This document shows positions 56,011 through 64,000 of a DNA stretch of 64,000 nucleotides, piece after piece. The translations under genes were made by a program, and so were the position numbers. This DNA comes from Flectonema sp. DT1601 (Eukaryota). Numbering within the stretch: position 1 is the stretch's first letter; every line of letters begins with the position of its first letter. Where the stretch lies: contig OZ025796.1 in assembly GCA_964019425.1 (NCBI GenBank), positions 310,001-374,000 of the forward strand, given 5' to 3'. Below the pieces are notes generated by a model. It had not been told where the DNA came from, ran no database searches, and saw only the letters and a program-made list of their open reading frames with translations.

Positions 56011-56456
56011 GAATTTCGATAAAGTGGGAAGTAACGGACTGGGAGCTTTTGGCTCCTGCCCTATTCCCGATGTAAACTTTCTTTTTTTTTTTTTTTTTTT
56101 AACAGGCCCAAAGGGCGACAATGATGGTTGCTGACCAAGGAATAATATTCAAATGAATTTTCGTTTCAAAGAAATGAACAGAATTAAGAGAGAGGCAGAG
56201 AAAAAAAAAAAAAAGAAAGAAAAGGAAAGGAAAAAAAAAAATATGAAGAGGAAATAATCAAACATGAAAAAATAAAAAATAAAAAAAAAAATATAAATAA
56301 AAAACGTTGTATGAAAAAGGAAAAAAAAGAAGAAAAAAAAAAAAAGACCAGAAAAGGAAAGAGAAAATGAAAAGGTATAATATTATTGTGGGGATATGAG
56401 GATAGCAGGGAAATGCTCTTTTTTTTTTTTTTTTTTTTTTTTATTATTTAAAAAAA
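56011..56456 (+). repeat. Head module C, copy 1 (~450 bp, starts gaatttcgataaagtgggaagtaacgg)
   Basis: Near-identical copies at 59276-59724 (inverted) and 61363-61818. Confidence 0.95.
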
Positions 56457-58794
56457 GGAAACAATCAGTTTAGCGTCTGAACGGAAAATAGAAATTAATC
56501 GACATAGTCGATCGATAGAAAAAAAAACAATGATAACATTGTTTATTCTTTATTTTTTTTTTTTTTAAATCCTTTTAATTATTTTAAAGAAAAAACAATC
56601 AGTTTAGCGTCTTGACCAGGACGGAAAATAGAAATTAATCGACTTAGTCGATCGATAGAAAAAAAACAATGATAACATTGTTTATTCTTTTTTTTTTTTT
56701 TTTTTAAATCCTTTTAATTATTTTAAAGAAAAAACAATCAGTTTAGCGTCTTGACCAGGACGGAAAATAGAAATTAATCGACATAGTCGATCGATAAAAA
56801 AAAAAACAATGATAACATTGTTTATTCCTTTTTTTTTTTTTTTTTTATTCTTTTTTTTATTAATTTTGAAAAAAAAAAAACAATCAGTTTAGCGTCTTGA
56901 CCAGGACGGAAAATAGAAAGTGATCGACATAGTCGATCGATAAAAAAAACAATGATAACATTGTTTATTCTTTTTTTTTTTATTTTAAATTCTTTTTATT
57001 TATTTTTTAAAGAAAAAAAAACGGTAAATAAAAATTAGTCGACAAAGTTGAACGATAAAAAAAAAACAATGATAACATTATTTATTCTTTTTTTTTTGTT
57101 TTTTTTTATATTCTTTTTTATTAATTTTGAAAAAAAAAAACAATCAGTTTAGCGTCTTGACCAGGACGGAAAATAGAAAGTAATCGACATAGTCGATCGA
57201 TAAAAAAAAACAATGATAACATTGTTTATTCTTTTTTTTTTTTTTAAATTCTTTTTATTTATTTTTTAAAAAGAAAAAAAACGGAAAATAGAAATTAGTC
57301 AACAAAGTCGAACGATAAAAAAAAAACAATGATAACATTGTTTATTCTTTTTTTTTTATTTTTTTTATTTTTTTTTATTAATTTTGAAAAAAAAAAAACA
57401 ATCAGTTTAGCGTCTTGACCAGGACGGAAAATAGAAAGTGATCGACATAGTCGATCGATAAAAAAACAATGATAATATTGTTTATTCTTTTTTTTTTATT
57501 ATAAATTCTTTTTATTCATTTTTTAAAGAAAAAAAAAAAAAAAAAAAAAAAAACGGAAAATAGAAATTAGTCGACAAAGTCGAACGATAAAAAAAAAACA
57601 ATGATAACATTGTTTATTCTTTTTTTTTTTTTTTTTATTCTTTTTATTAATTTTGGAAAAAAAAAAAAACAATCAGTTTAGCGTCTTGACCAGGACGGAA
57701 AATAGAAAGTAATCGACATAGTCGATCGATAAAAAAAAACAATGATAACATTGTTTATTCTTTTTTTTTTTTTTAAATTCTTTTTATTTATTTTTTAAAA
57801 AGAAAAAAAACGGAAAATAGAAATTAGTCAACAAAGTCGAACGATAAAAAAAAAACAATGATAACATTGTTTATTCTTTTTTTTTTATTTTTTTTATTTT
57901 TTTTTATTAATTTTGAAAAAAAAAAAACAATCAGTTTAGCGTCTTGACCAGGACGGAAAATAGAAAGTGATCGACATAGTCGATCGATAAAAAAACAATG
58001 ATAATATTGTTTATTCTTTTTTTTTTATTATAAATTCTTTTTATTCATTTTTTAAAGAAAAAAAAAAAAAAAAAAAAAAAAACGGAAAATAGAAATTAGT
58101 CGACAAAGTCGAACGATAAAAAAAAAACAATGATAACATTGTTTATTCTTTTTTTTTTTTTTTTTATTCTTTTTATTAATTTTGGAAAAAAAAAAAAACA
58201 ATCAGTTTAGCGTCTTGACCAGGACGGAAAATAGAAAGTGATCGACATAGTCGATCGATAAAAAAAACAATGATAACATTGTTTATTCTTTTTTTTTATT
58301 TTAGATTCTTTTTATTTATTTTTTAAAGAAAAAAAACGGAAAATAGAAATTAGTCGACAAAGTCGAACGATAAAAAAAAACAATGATAACATTGTTTATT
58401 CTTTTTTTTGTATTTTTTTTATATTCTTTTTTATTAATTTTGAAAAAAAAAAAACAATCAGTTTAGCGTCTTGACCAGGACGGAAAATAGAAAGTGATCG
58501 ACATAGTCGATCGATAAAAAAAACAATGATAATATTGTTTATTCTTTTTTTTATTTTAAATTCTTTTTATTTATTTTTAAAGAAAAAAAATGGAAAATAG
58601 AAATTAGTCGACAAAGTCGAACGATAAAAAAAAAACAATGATAACATTGTTTATTCTATTTTTTAATTTTTTTTTTCTATTCTTTTTTATTAATTTTGAA
58701 AAAAAAACAATCAGTTTAGCGTCTTGACCAGGACGGAAAATAGAAAGTAATCGACATAGTCGATCGATAAAAAAACAATGATAACATTGTTTTT
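56457..58794 (+). repeat. Satellite B, forward array: ~115-145-bp units with two internal palindromes and poly(T)/poly(A) linkers
   Basis: Unit core aaacaatcagtttagcgtcttgaccaggacggaaaatagaaagtaatcgacatagtcgatcgat(a)n-caatgataacattgtttattc(t)n; long and short variants alternate. Confidence 0.97.
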
Positions 58795-59144
58795 TGTTGA
58801 CTATTTTCTATTTTCCTTTTTTTTCTTTAAAAAATAAATAAAAAGAATTTAAAAAAAAAAAAAAAAAAAAAAAAGAATAAACAATATTATCATTGTTTTT
58901 TTTTTTTTATCGATCGACTATGTCGATCACTTTCTATTTTCCGTCCTGGTCAAGACGCTAAACTGATTGTTTTTTTTTTTTTTTTTTCAAAATTAATAAA
59001 AAAGAATATAAAAAAAATACAAAAAAAAAGAATAAACAATGTTATCATTGTTTTTTTTTATCGATCGACTATGTCGATCACTTTCTATTTTCCGTCCTGG
59101 TCAAGACGCTAAACTGATTGTTTTTTCTTTAAAATAATTAAAAG

Positions 59145-59177
<33 letters not shown>

Positions 59178-59275
59178 TGAATAAACAATGTTATCATTGT
59201 TTTTTTTCTATCGATCGACTATGTCGATTAATTTCTATTTTCCGTCCCGATCGAGACGCTAAACTGATTGTTTCC
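58795..59275 (-). repeat. Satellite B, inverted units
   Basis: Reverse-complement units such as ctttctattttccgtcctggtcaagacgctaaactgattg. Confidence 0.95.
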
Positions 59276-59379
59276 TTTTTTTAAATAATAAATAAAAAAA
59301 AAAAAAAAGAGCATCTCCCTGCTATCCTCATATCCCCACAATAATATTATACCTTTTCATTTTCTCTTTCCTTTTCTGG

Positions 59380-59413
<34 letters not shown>

Positions 59414-59497
59414 CCTTTTTCATACAACGTTTTTTATTTATATTTTATTTTTTTTTTTTTTATTTTTTTCATGTTTGATTATTTCCTCTTCATATTT

Positions 59498-59528
<31 letters not shown>

Positions 59529-59724
59529 CTCTGCCTCTCTCTTAATTCTGTTCGTTTCTTTGAAACGAAAATTCATTTGAATATTATTCCTTGGTCAGCA
59601 ACAGTCATTGTCGCCCTCTGGGCCTGTTAAAAAAAAAAAAAAAAAAAATAAAAAGAAAGTTTACATCGGGAATAGGGCAGGAGCCAAAAGCTCCCAGTCC
59701 GTTACTTCCCACTCTATCGAATTC
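59276..59724 (-). repeat. Head module C, copy 2 (inverted)
   Basis: Ends ...ccgttacttcccactctatcgaattc, the reverse complement of the copy 1 start with small differences. Confidence 0.95.
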
Positions 59725-59726
59725 AG

Positions 59727-60182
59727 CCTTTATTCTTTTTTTTTATTTTAAATTCTTTTTATTTATTTTTTAAAGAAAAAAACGGAAAATAGAAATTAGT
59801 CGACAAAGTCAAACGATAAAAAAAAACAATGATAACATTGGTTATTCTTTTTTATTTTTTTTTTATATTCTTTTTTATTAATTTTGAAAAAAAAAAACAA
59901 TCAGTTTAGCGTCTTGACCAGGACGGAAAATAGAAAGTAATCGACATAGTCGATCGATAAAAAAAACAATGATACCATTGTTTATTCTTTTTTTTATTTT
60001 AAATTCTTTTTATTTATTCTTTAAAGAAAAAAAAACGGAAAATAGAAATTAGTCGACAAAGTCGAACGATAAAAAAAAAACAATGATAACATTGTTTATT
60101 CTATTTTTTATTATTTTTTTTTTTGTATTCTTTTTTATTAATTTTGAAAAAAAAACAATCATTGTTTATTCTTTTTTTTTTA
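59727..60182 (+). repeat. Satellite B, forward units
   Basis: Same unit as 56457-58794. Confidence 0.93.
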
Positions 60183-61331
60183 TTTTGAAAAAAAACTGAC
60201 AGCTCCACACAAAGTTTTGAAAAACTGGCAACTCCACACAAAGTTTTGAAAAACTGGCTCAACACACAAAGTTTAAAAAAACCGGCGAAAACTGGCAGCT
60301 CCACACAAAGTTTAAAAAACTGGCAGCTCCACTCACAAAATTTCAAAAAACCAGCAGCCCCATACAAAGTTTCAAAAAACTGGCAGTTCCACGTTCAAAA
60401 TTTCAAAAAACCGGCAGCTCCACACAAAGTTTTGAAAAAAAACTGACAGCTCCACTCACAAAATTTTAAAAAACCAGCAGCTCCATACAAAGTTTCAAAA
60501 AACTGGCAGTTCCACGTTCAAAATTTGAAAAAACCGGCAGCTCCACACAAAGTTTTAAAAAACCAGCAGCTCCATACAAAGTTTCAAAAAACTGGCAGTT
60601 CCACACACAAAATTTAAAAACCGGCGGCTCCACACAAAGTTTTGAAAAACTGGCAGCTCCACACAAAATTTTGAAAAACTGGCTCCACACACAAAGTTTA
60701 AAAAAACCTGCGAAAACTGGCAGCTCCACACAAAGTTTCAAAAAACTAGCAGTTCCATGTTCAAAATTTGAAAAAACCGGCAGCTCCACACAAAGTTTTG
60801 AAAAAAAACTGACAGCTCCACGCACAAAATTTTAAAAAACCAGCAGCTCCATACAAAGTTTCAAAAAACTGGCAGTTCCACGTACAAAATTTGAAAAAAC
60901 CAGCAGCTCCATACAAAGTTTCAAAAAACTGGCAGTTCCACACACAAAATTTGAAAAAATCAGTAACTTCACGCAAAGTTTTAAAAAACCAGCAGCTCCA
61001 TACAAAGTTTCCAAAAACTGGCAGTTCCGCGCACAAAATTTTAAAAAACTGTCAGCTCCACACAAAGTTTTGAAAAACTGGCTCCACACACAAAGTTTAA
61101 AAAAACCGGCGAAAACTGGCAGCTCCACACAAAGTTTAAAAAACTGGCAGCCACACAAAGTTTCAAAAAACTGGCAGCTCCACGCACAAAATTTTAAAAA
61201 ACCGGCAGCTCCACACAAAGTTTAAAAAACTGGCAGCCACACAAAGTTTCAAAAAGCTGGCAGTTCCACGCACAAAATTTTAAAAAACCAGCAGCTCCAC
61301 ACAAAGTTTTGAAAAACTGGCTCCACACACA
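60183..61331. repeat. Satellite A, array 2
   Basis: Same ~30-bp unit and orientation as array 1. Confidence 0.97.
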
Positions 61332-61362
61332 AGAGTGTGAGGGAATGACCTGTTAGTGCATT

Positions 61363-61818
61363 GAATTTCGATAAAGTGGGAAGTAACGGACTGGGAGCTT
61401 TTGGCTCCTGCCCTATTCCCGATGTAAACTTTCTTTTTATTTTTTATTTTTTTTAACAGGCCCAAAGGGCGACAATGATGGTTGCTGACCAAGGAATAAT
61501 ATTCAAATGAATTTTCGTTTCAAAGAAACGAACAGAATTAAGAGAGAGGCAGAGAAAAAAAAGAAAAAAAAAGAAAGAAAAGAAAAAAGAAAAAAAAATA
61601 TGAAGAGGAAATAATCAAACATGAAAAAAAAAAAAAAAAATATATAAATAAAAAAACGTTGTATGAAAAAGGAAAAAAAAAAAAAATAAAGACCAGAAAA
61701 GGAAAGAGAAAATGAAAAGGTATAATATTATTGTGGGGATATGAGGGATAGCAGGGAGATGCTCTTTTTTTTTTTTTTTTTATTTTTTTTTTTTTTTAAT
61801 TATTATTTAAAAAAAAAG
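61363..61818 (+). repeat. Head module C, copy 3
   Basis: Near-identical to copy 1; preceded by a unique ~31-nt segment. Confidence 0.95.
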
Positions 61819-61913
61819 GAAACAATCAGTTTAGCGTCTCGATCAGGACGGAAAATAGAAATTAATCGACATAGTCGATCGATAGAAAAAAAAACAATGA
61901 TAACATTGTTTAT

Positions 61914-61949
<36 letters not shown>

Positions 61950-62745
61950 CTTTTAAGAAAAAACTTCCGTTTAGCGTCTTGACCAGGACAGAAAATAGAA
62001 AGTAATCGACATAGTCGATCGATAAAAAAAAAAACAATGATAACATTGTTTATTCCTTTTTTTTTTTTTTTTTTTTTAACTTTTTATTTATTTCTTAAAG
62101 AAAAAACAATCAGTTTAGCGTCTTGACCAGGACGGAAAATAGAAAGTAATCGACATAGTCGATCGATAAAAAAAACAATGATAACATTGTTTATTCCTTT
62201 TTTTTTTTTTTTTTTTTATTTATCTTTTTATTTATTTTTTAAAGAAAAAACAATCAGTTTAGCGTCCTGACCAGGACGGAAAATAGAAATTAGTCGACAA
62301 AGTCGATCGATAAGAAACAATGATAACATTGTTTATTCATTTTTTTTTTTTTTTTTTTTATATTCTTTTTATTAATTTTTTAAAAAAAAAAAAAACAATC
62401 AGTTTAGCGTCTTGACCAGGACGGAAAGTAGACAGTAATCGACAAAGTCGATCGATAAAAAAAAACAATGATAACATTGTTTATTTCTTTTTTTTTTTTT
62501 TTTTTTTATATCTTTTATTTATTTTTTAAAAGAATAAACAATCAGTTTAGCGTCTTGACCAGGACGGAAAATAGAAATTAGTCGACAAAGTCGATCGATA
62601 AGAAACAATGATAACATTGTTTATTCATTTTTTTTTTTTATTTTTTAAAGAAAAAAAATCAGTTTAGCGTCTTGACCAGGACGGAAAATAGAAATTAGTC
62701 GACAAAGTCGATCGATAAAAAAAAACAATGATAGCATTGTTTATT

Positions 62746-62779
<34 letters not shown>

Positions 62780-63291
62780 TCTTTTATTTATTTTTAAAGA
62801 AAAAACAATCAGTTTAGCGTCTTGACCAGGACGGAAAATAGAAATTAGTCGACAAAGTCGATCGATAAGAAACAATGATAACATTGTTTATTCTTTTTTT
62901 TTTATTTTTTTTTTTTATATTCTTTTTATTTATTTTTTAAAGAAAAAGAAAACGGAAAATAGAAATTAGTCGACAGAGTCGATCGATAAAAAAACAATGA
63001 TAACATTGTTTATTCTTTTTTTTTTTTTTTTTTTTTTATTCTTTTTATTTATTTTTAGAAAAACAATCAGTTTAGCGTCTTGACCAGGACGGAAAATAGA
63101 AATTAATCGACATAGTCGATCGATAAAAAAAAACAATGATAACATTGTTTATTCCCTTTTTTTTTTTTTTTTTTTTTTATTCTTTTTAATTATTTTTAGA
63201 AAAAACAATCAGTTTAGCGTCTTGACCAGGACGGAAAATAGAAATTAGTCGACAAAGCCGATCGATAAAAACAATGATAACATTGTTTATT

Positions 63292-63325
<34 letters not shown>

Positions 63326-64000
63326 TTTTTTTTTAATTTATTTTTAAAGAAGAAACAATCAATTTAGCGTCTTGACCAGGACGGAAAATAGAAAGTAATC
63401 GACATAGTCGATCGATAAAAAAACAATGATAACATTGTTTATTCTTTTTTTTTTTTTTTTTTTTAAATTCTTTTTTATTTATTTTTAAAGAAAAAAACGG
63501 AAAATAGAAATTAGTCGACAAGGTCGAACGATAAAAAAAACAATGATAACATTGTTTAATCTTTTTTTTTATTTTTTTTTTATTTTTTTTTTATTTTTTT
63601 TTTATTTTTTTTTTTATATTCTTTTTTATTAATTTTGAAAAAAACAATCAGTTTAGCGTCTTGACCAGGACGGAAAATAGAAAGTAATCGACATAGTCGA
63701 TCGATAAAAAAACAATGATAACATTGTTTATTCTTTTTTTTTTTTTTTTTTTTTTAAATTCTTTTTTATTTATTTTTAAAGAAAAACGGAAAATAGAAAT
63801 TAGTCGACAAGGTCGAACGATAAAAAAAACAATGATAACATTGTTTAATCTTTTTTTTTTATTTTTTTTTTATATTCTTTTTTATTAATTTTGAAAAAAA
63901 CAATCAGTTTAGACCAGGACGGAAAATAGAAAGTAATCGACATAGTCGATCGATAAAAAAACAATGATAACATTGTTTATTCTTTTTTTTTTTTTATTTT
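61819..64000 (+). repeat. Satellite B, forward array running off the window
   Basis: Same palindrome-containing unit. Confidence 0.97.

Noticed and set aside
54698..63521. Many short ORFs in the satellite block
   Set aside because: Translations of stop-poor tandem repeats with no protein signal.
56457..64000. CRISPR-like array (palindromic repeats at regular spacing)
   Set aside because: The intervening sequences are homologous poly(T)/poly(A) linkers, not unique spacers. No cas genes, and the context is eukaryotic.

Overview
Eukaryotic (protist) nuclear DNA, AT-rich with long poly(A)/poly(T) tracts between genes. It looks euglenozoan, probably diplonemid; this is an inference from the myosin type, the strictly co-directional genes, short GT-AG introns and a VIPER/TATE-like element. 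Positions 1-50.6 kb hold 18 genes, all on the minus strand: a partial secreted Cys-rich protein, FRA10AC1, an NPF-repeat coiled-coil protein, an ABC1/UbiB kinase, a Kv channel with an FHA domain, an FKBP15-like protein, two unknown proteins, an Fe-ADH resembling phosphonoacetaldehyde reductase, XPNPEP3/Icp55, a membrane-anchored SNase, a TRPV-like channel with extra N-terminal TM helices, an aromatic amino-acid decarboxylase, a myosin with 4 B-boxes and a WW domain, a mitochondrial CCCH protein, a bacterial-type AmmeMemoRadiSam radical SAM enzyme, MROH1 and a RanBP2-ZnF protein. I reconstructed nine short introns by hand; all are phase 0 and they correct five ORF-track calls. 50.9-54.8 kb is a mosaic of co-oriented transposon fragments (tyrosine-recombinase-type RT, RLE endonuclease, MULE transposase). 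54.8-64 kb is a composite satellite block: a ~30-bp repeat, a ~450-bp head module, a ~115-145-bp palindrome-containing repeat, and a ~3.7-kb foldback inversion. Two intergenic elements (7.1 and 8.4 kb) share an 11-mer and a pseudoknot pairing scheme. No database search or folding program was run; all calls come from reading motifs.
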